Positions 52,113 through 64,000 of a stretch of 64,000 bases of DNA are shown here, one piece after another. The notes beneath the pieces were generated by a model. The model was given only the letters and a program-made list of their open reading frames with translations, was not told the DNA's origin and did not search any database. A program made the position numbers and the translations under genes. This DNA comes from Octopus sinensis. Taxonomy: Eukaryota. The DNA lies in the NCBI RefSeq assembly GCF_006345805.1, contig NC_042997.1:80290001-80354000 (forward strand), read 5' to 3'. Every line of letters begins with the position of its first letter. Positions within the stretch are counted from its first letter, which is position 1.

Positions 52113-52189
52113 CCTTCTATATAATAAATATATATATATATATATATATATGTCTCTGTGTGTGTATACAAGCCATGTACAAAGATGTA

Positions 52190-53200
52190 GCAAGTAAAAT
52201 GAGAGTTAACAACAGTTTCAGTGATGAATGCAATGTGAAGGCAGGAGTCCATTGAGACTGTCCTCCCCAATTCATTACAGTCCTACAGGCCATAACATGA
52301 GTTTGAAACTGGATGTCCATAAGAACTCTAGAATGCTGATGTTTTAGACTTCATAGCTGAATCTGTATTAGGTATTAGAAAGAAGCATGAAGCTAAATCC
52401 AGAATCAAGAGGTCTTAAGGCAACCTAACAAAGATGAAATCTTTCATAAGAAAAAACCTGGTATCTTCAGGGAAATGGCATTGGTTGTTATGCATTAAAG
52501 AAGTAGGAATAAACTCCAAATGCTATACACAATGTAAGCTATAGAAATACAAGGGATGTAGTGGAACAGTACATACTATGAACACACAAGAAATAAATTC
52601 TCTTAAATTCCTACATGACTCACTAGAAGTGATTAATATCTACCTAGAGGATCTAATTAGCAATGGAAATGTGAGCTCTGAAAGTATAGTAGCCAGATTA
52701 AGAACAGGCTGGAGAAAGTACAAAGAGCTACAACCACTGTAGGCAAGAAAGGTCTTTTATTTCAGAGTGGAGGGTAGATTGTATGACATTTGTGTTACAA
52801 TTGTGATGCTGCATGGCAGTGAGACACAAGCCTTGATTGCAGAGGATTTGAGAAAACTGTAAAGAAATGAAGCTAGCATGTCCTGTTGGATGAGAAATGT
52901 AAATGCACATGAACAACAGTGAAAATATACTGAGAGAAAAACTGGACATGAGAGGAAGCAGATGTAGTGTGCAAGAAAGTACTGGTATGGAGACTACTAT
53001 GGAAATGTGAGGACAGCTGTATAAAGAAGTGCTGATTACTTAATGTGGATGAAATTTATGGAAGAGGGAAACCCAGAAAGTCATGAGATGAAATGGCAAA
53101 AGCTGATCTCAGGAACTTGAACCCCATAGAGATGATGACAAAAAACTGGGATAACTGGTAAATATGGTTCTGAAGAAAACCCACTCACTTCAATGAAACT
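52190..53200 (+). mobile_element. RTE-clade LINE fragment (C-terminal ORF region)
   Basis: SKMRVNNSFSDECNVKAGVH and ...RLRTGWRKYKELQPL...RVEGRLYD pieces; homologous to 42935-43400 and 14450-14760. Confidence 0.75.
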
Positions 53201-53224
53201 GAGTTGGAAAGTACTGTGTGTGTG

Positions 53225-53880
53225 CATATATATATATGCATAACTGGGCCTTTTCCCTTACTTTCTCCTCAAGACACTTCCGACTACCAATCATCTAACT
53301 GCTGCTCTTCTTTGGTACCTCTTATCTCTTACCACATGGAGCCATTTCACTTGTTATCCATCCTTTATCCAGTCACTCTTCTTTCTACCCACCACATCAC
53401 ATTGATCCTCCCCATCACTGAGCCACCAAATTACCTCTCCTTCACAACTCTCCTCATGTATTACACCTATCTCTCTCTCTCCCCCCAACTCTTGCAATGT
53501 ATCCAACTAAATCTTCGCCCTCTTGTCCTTCTGTTGTCTATTATATCATTATTACTATTCTGCTACCTACTTCCCTTTTTTTCTGCACTGTCAATCATCT
53601 CCTACTCTGCACCTACTTCTACAAACCTTGTACTGTGCAAATCCACCAAAACTCCTCATCACGACTATTTTTATCTCTTTCTAGCTTCATTCACTCACTC
53701 CCCTCATCTCCTAGTATGAAGCTCCCCACCCCACCAGAGGAGGTGGGGACTGTAGTCTTGCAAATTACATAGCAACCGCACTAGTACTGGTAGTATGGAA
53801 AATGCACCCAGTACATATTGTAAAGTGATTGGTGCAAGGAAGGGTATTAGCTGCAGAAACCATGCCAAAGCACAATGATG
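53225..53880 (+). mobile_element. CT-rich body plus RTE-like tail element, copy 3
   Basis: Pyrimidine-rich 53230-53720, then aaatgcacccagtac...ggaagggtattagctgcagaaaccatgccaaagc. Confidence 0.55.
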
Positions 53881-54139
53881 TTGATATATATATATATTTC
53901 TCACAAAATTGTGTATGAAATAATGACTGTAGTGGTTTAATTTTTTTCTTTGTTTTCACTTCCTGAAAATTAAAAAAAATTATTTCAATTTACTAAGATT
54001 CTTAATTTTAAAAAAAAGCAAACTCACACTAGACAGAACAAAACTTTGTCTTCTTTATTGTTTTTTCAATTAAGAAAAATGTTGGCTGAATGTCTAAGTT
54101 CAAAACATGAAAACTGAAGACTTTATTATTATTTATTTA

Positions 54140-54715
54140 TTGTCAGGTCACCCTTGAGCACTACTGGTAACATGTAACCTGGTACAACCTGTCGCATGGT
54201 TGGGTTGTCAGCGACTAAACTGGCAAAACCATCAAGTGAGGAGGGTGATTGTTGGACACCCTGTGGGATGAAAAATAAGCCCCATCAAAGGGCGGAAGAA
54301 CTACTGTGTAGTCAATGGTCAATTCAACAAGTACCTTGTTGCGGTGAAGTACCTGTGCTCTCCACTGACCCAGAGAGCTATGTTGGAGGGAGAGAAATCT
54401 TCAGGCAGGTCTTACCAGGCCAGACAGGTCGAAGGGTAGGAGACAGACAAAACCTTAATGACAGTAAACCGAAGCGTTGGCAGCAGGGTGTGGATTTAGT
54501 TATTGGCAGGACCTAACAGATCAGATTCCTGGCTTTGAACTAGCAGGATGTCATGCAGAGGATCTTGAATACAAGACAATGGATGAGACCCTAATATTTC
54601 CTAGTTAGATCGAAGCTGCGGGACCACATGGAGCAGCGCCCTGTGACTCCTATAGTATGTGCAACCAAAATCACTAATAGGGGTGTCCTGTGGGACGACC
54701 TAGATGAGATGAGAT
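54140..54715 (+). mobile_element. RTE-type (Rex3/BovB-like) 5' UTR fragment
   Basis: GC-richer and CpG-retaining. Motifs accttgttgcggtgaag, gagagctatgttggaggga and ggccagacaggtcgaagggtagg resemble RTE 5' UTRs as I recall them. Confidence 0.5.
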
Positions 54716-54899
54716 TTTTATTAAAAATAATAGTTCTTGAAAAATTTAGAGGGTTTTTAAAAAGAAATTCATGGTTAAACAAATGTGTGCCCATATGAGT
54801 TTTAACAATGCAGTAACAACAACAATGATGTGAAGGAACAACATTAAGAGATTAAACACAATTCAACAAATTACTTATTTTCTATGCAAGCACATAGCT

Positions 54900-56740
54900 C
54901 CTGTTCAAAAATTTAATAGCTCATGTTTCAAATAGAGATTCACCACTGAAACTGAGGAAGCCTACTTCACTGTGGTCTGTGTGAAAGATATATGGCTTTA
55001 CATCTTCATTTATATTGTCAGGTAGTAGGGTATTTTTGATGTCCTCAAACACAGAGAGCTTCAATTTGTTCCTTGAAAAGGATGCTGTCTCTATGACCAT
55101 CCAGTGCAAATATGATGCAACATTCTTTGAAAGACATTGCCACGATAATTTCAGAGAGGCTCTGCTAGACATCTATAGTAATGCGCTTCAATGCATGTTA
55201 CTATGGAAAAGATCTGATTGAGGAGTGTGACCTTTCGGAGCGATGGACTTGTGCCTTTCTGTCAGCATATGCTGAGTGATTGTCTTGCTTATACTGATGT
55301 CCAATGATTGTAGAATACTAGCAATCACATCAAGAATTATGGCAAAATCATTCATTAAGAATTTCAGTTGCCATTTCACATTAAGGTGTTAATGGCAACT
55401 AAATGCACTACACCAGTAGGGACAGTTGTTTCAGCATATCTACATGTCATTTTGATCCATTCACTTAATTTTGTTTCAAACCTATACTTGTGGACACAAG
55501 CCTCTATTGCTTTTGGAAATATTGCTTTAGGCTGGCAGCATTTTTCTATCACTAATAATGGCTACTATCATTGTAAAATGCTTCTTTTTATTGCCAGTAA
55601 TATTGATGAGTCTTCTGGCCTTGAAATCAACTGTTTTTGTGTAGAGGATGCTAAAGATCAGCAGGTTATAATCTGCATTTACATTGTGTGATAGATTAGC
55701 TTCCTAATGTGCAAGTGATAAAATATTGACACTCCTCTAACTTCTCTTTTAAATCTGAATCAATTTTTGTAACATGTGAGTCTAGCAACACACCGACTGT
55801 TCATGTCATTCCATAAAGCACTGACTCTGCCAAATACTAATCTTGATGTCAGGCATTCTCTCTGAGACCTACAGTGGTTGAGTTGATTCTAATGCCAACA
55901 CCACTAACTAAACTGTTCTTCCAAGTTCAGAAAGGCTACAGATTTCTCCAGTCTATCATCTTTGAGCTTCCTAAGCAGGATTTTTGTTTACATGCAATAG
56001 TAAAAAATGACAATGATGTTTACACATTTTTACTTCTATAATAATGTAGCAATCCTTCTTTCAACAGGTTACATTTAATACATCACTTTTTGGCATGTGT
56101 TCTATTTAGGCTAGAAAGAAACAAAGAGTTTGTCAACCATTTTATACAACTGCTCTAGAGAAGAAACAACAGAGGTAGCTTGCATTAACCAGCACTGAAT
56201 ATATCCATGACCCTGATCATAATTTCTATAATGCTGACTTCAAAGCAGGTGCACTTTAATGGCCTAAAGTGGTGAAAATCAAAAGTCACTTTAAAATTTG
56301 CTTAGGGTGCATGAATTTTCTTGATATAACAAGATAAGTTGGTATGGACTCAAAATTTCATTCAGTACTTTATACAACAAGTACAATAAATCTGCCTAAA
56401 CGCTCCTTTACTCAAACACTGTAATGTTAATTCTCATCTTTGAAAGATGTCATTGCCTATAATTATTTAGTAATAAATAAATTCAGTATTTGTTAATATG
56501 AATGGGTCCATGCAAACCCCAAGTTATGTAAATGTTCTATTTTGATGCATACATTTACTGAGCTTTGTAAACAGTCTTCAATTTTCTTTCATGGCTAAGC
56601 TTGTTAGAAGCATAACAAACACATACCACGATAAGTACACTAATATAGAATATTATATGGCCAAAAATTTTGTAAGAAACAATCAATATTAGAGTAGAAA
56701 AGTTGAAATTAGCAGATTAAATCAATGCCTTATAGTATTT
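54900..56740 (-). mobile_element. pogo/POGK-like DDE_1 transposase relic
   Basis: Minus-strand pieces ITGNKKKHFTMIVAIISDRKMLPA, NDFAIILDVIASILQSLDISISK and KECCIIFALDGHRDSILF resemble the pogo motifs TGHEK--FTV-L--ADG-KLPP, LAVIPGG-TS-LQPLDV--NKPFK and KC-IS-ALDG-EDD. Confidence 0.7.
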
Positions 56741-56928
56741 AAGCATGTTGCACCATGTTCTGAATTCAACTCCCACTGAGCCTAATTTTACCTTCTATCC
56801 TTATGGAGTTGATAAAATCACCAACATTCAAATTTTGCAGTTGAATGAATTGATTTGCAAATCTTTTGCTTTGTGCTGTGATGTGAAGTCATCAAAGAAA
56901 TCATCATTATTATTATTACTATTATTAT

Positions 56929-57120
56929 TAAGGCAGCGAGCTGGCAGAATCATTAGCATGCTGGGCAAAATGCTTAGCAGTATTTTGTCTGCTGCTACAT
57001 TCTGAGTTCAAATTCAAACAGATTGACTTTGCCTTTCACTCTTTTGGGGTTGATTAAATAAGTACCAGTTATGCATTTAATTCCCTCCTCCAAGTAGCCC
57101 TTGTAGCAAAAATTTGAAAT
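56929..57120 (+). mobile_element. SINE family A copy inserted in (tta)n
   Basis: aaggcagcgagctggcagaatcattagcatgctgggcaaaatgcttagc...gagttcaaattc (B-box-like). Confidence 0.8.
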
Positions 57121-57383
57121 TATTATTATTCATGCAGTGAACTGGCAGAAATAGTATTTTGTTATATTCATTTATATACTAAATGTTAATCCAGCTGAGG
57201 TCAGCTTTGCCATTTAATCTTCCAGAGCCAATAATCTATGTACCAATTAAGTCTAGGACTCATTTAATTCATTATATCCTTTCTTAGCCTTATGCCACTG
57301 CTACTAAATGCTGGACTTTTGTACTTTCTTTCTCTTAATCTACATTTCTAATAATATTTGCCATTTAAGCTTTTCTATAAATG

Positions 57384-58236
57384 CGAGGAGGTACCCAAAA
57401 GAAACCGGAATTTTGCGATATTATTTTATTCACTTAGTTTTACATGTTTACACTTTTACCACCTTCAAAGTATTCTCCATTTGAAGCGGTCCTGGAACAC
57501 TTGCGAAGTGATGCCTTTTAACGCTTTTGTCATTTTTTCTTCACCTCTTCCACATCTGCAAATAGTACCAGCTTTCAACAGTGATGACTTTTGAAAAAGC
57601 GTTTGGATCAACTTGTAACTGTTCTTTCAGTTCACAACACGCATTCACTTGTAACTGCTTTTGATCTTCTGTGAGCAAGCAAGGCACAAATTTTACTGCA
57701 ACACTTTCCATTTGCAATCCCTTGCTTAAAATTTGATAGGAGGAACTCCAGGACACAGTTATATCAACAAGTTTGTCAATTATTCAGTGACAGTCCTCCA
57801 CAATCAGTTCATGAATTTTCATGATGTTTCCATTTGTTCAGGAGGTTGACGGTCATCTTGAATGAGGTTGGTCTTCAAGCGACAAATGATCATTTGTAAA
57901 GCATGAAAACCACTTGTAAACATGTGTCTTTTACTCATGGCAGCATCCTTATAAGTTGTTTGAAGCATGACAATTGTTTCAGCTACCGCTTTCCCCAGCA
58001 GAAAACAGGATTTCCTGAAAGCATGCTGTTCCTTCGTTTAAGCCATCACAAAAATTGACAAACGGGAGAAGCACAGCTAAACAAAATGCACCTCATGGCT
58101 GTAGGACTATACCTGATGATGCTGATTGGCAGACTGATGCTTGAGAGACATCAAGTGGCTTCTAGTAGCAGAAACTTGAACTACAATGGGCTTGTGCCAC
58201 AGGGAACATTCCCAGTTACTTTTGGGTACCTTCATG
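57384..58236 (-). mobile_element. Mariner transposon, internally deleted
   Basis: TIRs cgaggaggtacccaaaagaaaccgg / cccagttacttttgggtaccttcatg, TA at 58237-38. Minus-strand VKFVPCLLTEDQKQLQVNACCEL...SKVITVESW matches the mariner AKFVP-LLT and ITGDESW region. Confidence 0.85.
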
Positions 58237-58239
58237 TAC

Positions 58240-59310
58240 AGTCAAAGTTTGTAATGGGAAAACACTCTGTTCTATTGGAACATAAAGATCTTGCAAGAGA
58301 GCAGAGTCAACCTTAACAAACCAACCAGCCAAGGAGTTATTGTTGTTTAGTGGAAGCAGTGTACCAAAGAAAATCAAGATGTGGGAGAGAAATGTATGCA
58401 GAAGGGTGATGGCATGCTTGCATTTAGTGATTCTGAAAAGAAGAAGGCTTGGAAGTGTTTATGAAAGGTTATTAAATGTGGAGAATGTATGGAAATGAGA
58501 AGCTTCCTAATGTGATTTCAACAGGGGATTCAGTCATTTGTGTTGACAACAGTGTTATAGATAAAGTAATGAAGAAAATGAGATTGAGAAAGCCCCTGGT
58601 TCATCAAGAATCTTTGACAGGGAGCCCTACTAATGTGCTCTTTATAGGTCAGTAACTACAGGAGAAGTATTTAGCAAAAGATAAACCACTGTACTTATCA
58701 TTTGTTAATCTGGAGAAAGCCTTTGACAAGGTGTCTTGATTTCCCTATTTGGTGGTGGCTGCTAAAGCTAGTGAGAGCTGTTCAAGCCATGTACAGAAAT
58801 GCTGTTAGCAAAGTGAGAGTTAAATATGAGTACAGTAGTGAATTTAGTGTGCAGGTAGGAGTTCATCAGGGTTCACTTATCAGTCCCCTCCCATTTATAA
58901 TACTCCACCAGGCTATAACAGATGAATTTGATATTGGTTGTGCATGAGAACTCCTCTACACTGATGACCTAGTTATTATAACTGAAAGTGTAGAAGAATT
59001 AGAATTAAATTCCAAGTATGGAAGCAAAACCTGGAATCAAAGGATCTTAAGGTTAACTTAGCACAAACTACAGTTCTAATTAGCAGGAAAACAGACAGAA
59101 CATTAATCTCTGGGTAAATAACCCTGTTCTATATGTAGACAAGATGTGGGTAGAAATTCCATACAGTGTACTCAGTGCAAACTGCATGCCAAAGCAGACA
59201 TAGAACATGGCAGAGCCCTCTTGCTCATTTGTTTGTTCTTGTCAAACTATCTAACCCATGCCAGTATGATAAAAGGGACATAGAATGATGATGCTGAAAA
59301 TGATGATGAA
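58240..59310 (+). mobile_element. RTE-clade LINE fragment (RT domain plus 3' tail)
   Basis: FVNLEKAFDKV, AMYRNAVSKVRV, GVHQGSLISPL, ELLYTDDLVI (YTDD at 58957-68); ends in a gatgatg tail. Confidence 0.85.
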
Positions 59311-59966
59311 ATTTTACAAGTGCCAAAAGTAGATTCTGCAGTAAACTGTCTATACTTCATGTGAAAACAGGAATACTTTGGTACACTGGAAATTTCAAAC
59401 TGCAGTTGAAGCAGAATACTGATGCACGAGACAAACTAGATTGTAAAGCTGTTAGATAATAAAAGAATCCTTTAGCTGACAGAATAGATGTCTACATACG
59501 TCACAATACTGCATTTAATTGAAAAACTATCAATCTAATTCTTTGCAGAAGAGTTGGGTCCAGAATTCTTTCTATTAACTACTTTACATCACCACCACTG
59601 TACTGTTATGGACATTATGCCCACCATTTATATTCAATAGATATGTTTTGAGTAAAACTTAAGATGGGTTCTAAAACCCATTACATTATAGAGGGAACCA
59701 CTAAAAATTCTACCCTTGTTTCTGGTGATGAGTACACACAGAACTTTAGAATGGTCAATGATAACATTTTGAATTGAAGTCAAAATATGGCGATCTTGTA
59801 AATATTATCATCAGTTGTATAACGGAGATAAGAAAAAGTTAAGTAGATTCTGAATAGATGATTATTTATAAAAATTTACATGGTCACTCCTGTTTAGTTT
59901 AAGGGCAACCCTTATCAAGCAAGGCATTCTATTTGTAAACGTACTATCTTTTTATGGATGTAAAAT

Positions 59967-60160
59967 TAAACCCTTTAGCATTCAGATTTCTCTGTCAAGT
60001 GTAATGCTTATTTACTCGTACTGATATCAATTAGTTATGATTATTTATTTTTAGAATAATATTGTAGGGTAAGTGTGAGAGGTCAGAGCTGGCCAGTTTG
60101 AAGATAAAAGAGGTGGATTATTTTGGCCAGATATGGCTGGTTTAAATGCTAAAGGGTTAA
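59967..60160 (-). mobile_element. MITE family 1 copy, opposite orientation
   Basis: ccctttagcattcagatt...ggtttaaatgctaaagggttaa; the interior is the reverse complement of the other copies. Confidence 0.8.
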
Positions 60161-60566
60161 TATATCCTTTCCTTATTTAAGATAGTAAAGTATGATTTCA
60201 GAGTGACCTGACTGCTATTTCTGACAAGTTTAGTGACTGCAAAGAGGTTGCCTCATTGGCTGCCATATTTCAAACTCTGTCAGAGTTGACAATTTTTCCA
60301 TCATGTAGTACTAAAAATAGTACTACAAGATGGTAGTGAAAATGGTGGTGAATCCATAAACATGTTGAATCATAAAGAAATCACTAAAGATTTTGTTTTC
60401 ATGCAGTAAGCCATTTTAATCTATAACAAGAGTTGAATACATCACAGCATATTAACAGAACATTTCATTACTTTACAGTGCTGTCACTGCTTGCATTTGT
60501 CAGTACCCTTATCTGTTCTCTCAAAACATTCCTGTTGTAGCCATGATATTTTCTATTTTATTGTTC

Positions 60567-60617
60567 TGCAATCTACAATACAGTTAGCTCTTTTCCAACT
60601 GTATTGTGTAGATTGTA
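60567..60617. other. Isolated ~19-bp-stem hairpin with 2-nt bulge and 11-nt loop
   Basis: tgcaatctacaatacagtt / aactgtattgtgtagattgta. Confidence 0.75.
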
Positions 60618-62086
60618 AAAGTTCCCAAATGTGTTTTGAACCGTGGTCCCTTAACTAGAAGATTCCATCCTAATGGCCATTGCTTTTCACTTTACTGTAA
60701 TATCCTAATTAAAAGTATTAATTTACATACCACGCATAACAGACAATAGCACAACATTAATGTCTATAATAGTTAATCTCAGTTAATTCAAAAAACTGAT
60801 TAAACATTTTCAGTTAACTCATTTAACAAAATTAATGAACTAGAGCTTTCTAAAGTCTGATGGACATTTAATGCCTAATTCCTTGATCAATAAATTCCCA
60901 GAGTGATGAATAGATGAAAGATAATGTATGGTACATCTGTATAAATTAATGTTCCCTGTTACTGTGTTTCCCATTAGCCCTTTCCATAGATAATCATGTC
61001 ATGTTGTTACAGCCAACAATACGACCTACTCTGCAAATCATAAGTCTATTATATATAGATTTATGCTCTAACCATCATCTAGATACTCTTTATTCTTTTT
61101 CACTATACATGTACTAAGGATTGACTTCAGTTCATGAATACCAGTATTATATTCACATAGAAGAGCAATTGATTATACTTGCTTGCTAAAATAAGAACTG
61201 ACAGTATACTCTTTGAACATGAACATAGCTCATCATTGTAATGTGTTAGATTTAAAAAAAAAAAAAGGCAATCATTTGTGTTAAGCAAGCATGGTGGTGG
61301 GGGGAGGTACTAAGCAAAAATAAATCACCAGGAGTGAAACCACTGAATCAAGGGGGCCATTTCAAGCCTGCTGGATCTGCTAGAAATGACAGCTAAAACT
61401 TCTAACTATCACACCCGACAATCTTTTTAAAGATAATATGGTCCTAGATGTACTGTATGTTAATAAAAATGTTATGCCCAAGGCAAACATAAGGGCCTTT
61501 AAGTAAAAATATTTCTTATGAAGATGAACCTGGCGTTAAAGTTGTTTTATAAATCCCACCAAAACATTAGATAATATAGTTTCAGATATTCCACAAACGA
61601 TGGTATGGTCATATTTGTATCATATTTGATTATAAGGTCTGTTCTACCAGGGTTAACTTGCAGCTAAACAATACTTTGAAGTAGTATCCATATTGATCAC
61701 AATAACAAATTTTTTAAAATTAAATTTCAGCAAAGATATTTACAAGTTAGATTACAAAATGCACAGTTCAGTTTATTTTCTATGACAAAATTTCACCTTA
61801 ATTTATTTCTTCCTAATAATACAACCTAATTAGCAGGTTTCTTAAACTTTTCAATAGGATAGTCTATACACCATTTACAGAAGTCTTTGTAAAACATCTC
61901 TCAATTTCTAAATTGCTTTTGTATCACTTTAAAGAGTAGCTTCATACAAGCATTTCCAATAATTAAATATTTTACTTTGATAAGAACATAATTAAATTAT
62001 GAAAGAAAAAGTATCTAAATAACTACTATCACTATAATCATGAGTTGTATTGTGAGCAGCAAAAATCCAAACAATACCATATTTAT

Positions 62087-62911
62087 CCACTCTCAATATG
62101 TTCTGGCAAGTTCAGATGGAAACATGCTGATCACCGATCCTTTTCATCAGAGAGTATCGCCTACCTTTAGATGATGTATGTTCATAACACACACAAGAGT
62201 GCACTTTGCACCAAAAGCCAACATGAGAGATTTTTTCATGGTAACTAATGCAGTAAAGATTGTTCTAACAGAACAACCACTTTTATGTGGGGATAAATAC
62301 ACAATTCATTGATATAAGGGTATTTTAAGACTCCATATTTTTCCAGCTTATAGTGTGCCCCCTCAGTCAAATTGCCCCCACCTTGCACCTGCAATCAATG
62401 TATCTAACAAGAGTACTGGCTCTTGTTTAAGGAAATCAACAAACAAATTATTTGCTAATGCATGCTGAACAACTGATACTGATTCATGAGATGCATGCAG
62501 AACAACAAGAATCCTAACAATAATGTATCCATTCTCATATTCAAGTTTAAATCTGCTAGAATATATTGAGATTGAACAGATATGTTCTTGCTTGGATTTT
62601 TGCTGTTCAGTGTGCAACACATGAATTAATATAAGTTTGGCAGATATCAGCATGCATCACCAAATAATTGGTTAGCTGATTTCTGTAAATAAAGGGCATG
62701 TACTTTTGTTTGATTTATTGATCCAGGGGCAGCTTTGACTAAGGAGACACACAATAAGGTTGAAACACTGGTGTCTCAACGCTCTCTAACGTCAATGAAT
62801 TATGTATGTTATGAACACACATTGTCTATAGAGAGGAGGTGTTCTCTGATGAAGGAAAACAATAGTGGTCAGCATATTCATGTTTGAATCTGTCAGAATG
62901 TACTGAGAATG
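62087..62911. repeat. Diverged ~110-bp inverted repeat pair (about 62087-62194 and 62801-62911), possible TIR element
   Basis: The reverse complement of the left arm aligns with the right arm (tgttatgaaca, ctctgatgaa, gtg-tcagcat, cagaa-ta-tgaga-tg), roughly 70% by eye. Confidence 0.6.
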
Positions 62912-63103
62912 TAAGGTGGCGAGCTGGTAGAAACGTTAGCACACCGGGCGAAATGCTTAGTAGTATTTTGTCTGCCATTACATTCTGAGTTCAAATTCCA
63001 TCCTTTCGGGGTTGCACTGGGGGTAGATATAATCGACTTAATCCGTTTGTTTGTCTTTGTTTGTCCCCTCTGTGTGTAGCCCCTTGTGGGTAGTAAAGAA
63101 ATA
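62912..63103 (+). mobile_element. tRNA-derived SINE (family A) with perfect 17-bp TSD
   Basis: aaggtggcgagctggtagaaacgttagcacaccgggcgaaatgcttag...gtagtaaagaaata; TSD agaatgtactgagaatg at 62895-62911 and 63104-63120. Confidence 0.9.
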
Positions 63104-64000
63104 AGAATGTACTGAGAATGGGTAGATATATTACTATAACCATTATACTGCTAATTTCGTTTACCATGCTGATTATATATAAACATTTTCCCTATTGGCA
63201 AAAACAACAACAACAATCCATGTTTCTGCATATGTAGTATGTTCTTGTACATAGAGAGGGTTCAACTGCTTGTCCTGGCATTTTAAAAAGTCTGTTTTAT
63301 CTTCATTCTCTTCATTAATCTTATGGACTTCAGATGATTATGAAGAATGATTAGCTAGCATTTCATAGACATTTGTAGTCTAATCTGACATTGTGACAAG
63401 GCTAGCTTTTGCACAGTTTCCATTCATTCAATTTCACTCAACAAGACTCAAATCAACACAAGACTATAACAGAAAATACTTGTTCAAGATGTTGTGCAGT
63501 AGGATTGAACTCAGAAACTCGTGCTTTCTAAGCAAACTTAACAAAATGGTCATGCATCTACAACTATGGGAATGGTAGTCACACCTATACTGCATATCCT
63601 TGCAATTTTAAAGTTTTATATTTGGAAAACTTTTCAGTTTCTGATTAAAATTTTTTTTGTTATTACTTTTTTTCCTTAAAATAAAATCAAGAGTTGCTTC
63701 ATTTCCATATATCAAAATTTTTAAAACAACCAAAATATTCCACATCTCCATAACTTACTCAAAAATATTAACTAAACACAGAATGTATAACTAAAACACA
63801 AAGATAAAAAAAAAACAAATTGCACCAATACAATTTGAAATTTAAAAATAAAAACAAAAAAAAAAATGCACTAATATCCAGACTTTATATACATGGATGT
63901 ATTAAAATATTCCCCAAAAAATTTTCCAAGCATTTTACTTATTTCTTTTAGTACCAGTATAAATGAATTTCGGCTTACCTCTTTTTAACAACTTACGTTC

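Larger units (their letters stand above)
51929..52129. mobile_element. Penelope-like element terminal (pLTR) fragment with inverted duplication, between (TA)n tracts
   Basis: A unique 200-bp insert (gtaggtcccggg...) bounded by (AT)n on both sides and carrying a hammerhead. HHR-bearing pLTRs and inverted pLTR pieces are known PLE features; the family assignment is inference. Confidence 0.6.
51998..52129. repeat. Perfect spacerless 132-bp palindrome (66-bp arms) centred on AAGCTT
   Basis: Checked base by base: every position x from 51998 to 52063 is complementary to position 104127-x; first mismatch at 51997/52130. Confidence 0.98.

Noticed and set aside
1-64000. CRISPR arrays, bacterial operons, tRNA or rRNA genes
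   Set aside because: None seen. tRNA-like A/B boxes occur only as SINE heads, and no regularly spaced repeat-spacer array is present.

Overview
AT-rich, microsatellite-rich, repeat-dense metazoan genomic DNA. The SINE, TTAA-flanked MITE and RTE-tail families resemble those I recall from octopus/coleoid cephalopods; this species call is inference and was not database-checked. The only host gene I can support is a minus-strand polypeptide N-acetylgalactosaminyltransferase (GALNT1/GALNT13-like). It has two phase-compatible coding exons, 25015-24850 and 10754-10585, separated by a ~14.1 kb intron. I could not locate the upstream transmembrane exon or the downstream catalytic exons, so most or all of the window is probably intron. 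The rest is transposon debris: four Tc1/mariner elements, pogo-type relics, piggyBac-type TTAA MITEs, RTE LINE fragments, tRNA-derived SINEs and Penelope-like element (PLE) fragments next to (TA)n tracts. The most striking signal is a set of type-I hammerhead ribozyme (HHR) motifs read by hand from the PLE fragments. One has an intact core and lies sense to the gene inside the intron (15135-15218). Several are mutated (28320-28446, 36723-36758, 36956-37006, 545-580). A perfect, spacerless 132-bp palindrome (51998-52129) encodes an intact-core hammerhead on each strand. No bacterial features, CRISPR arrays, rRNA or tRNA genes were seen. All calls were made by eye; repeat boundaries are approximate unless TIR/TSD bases are quoted.
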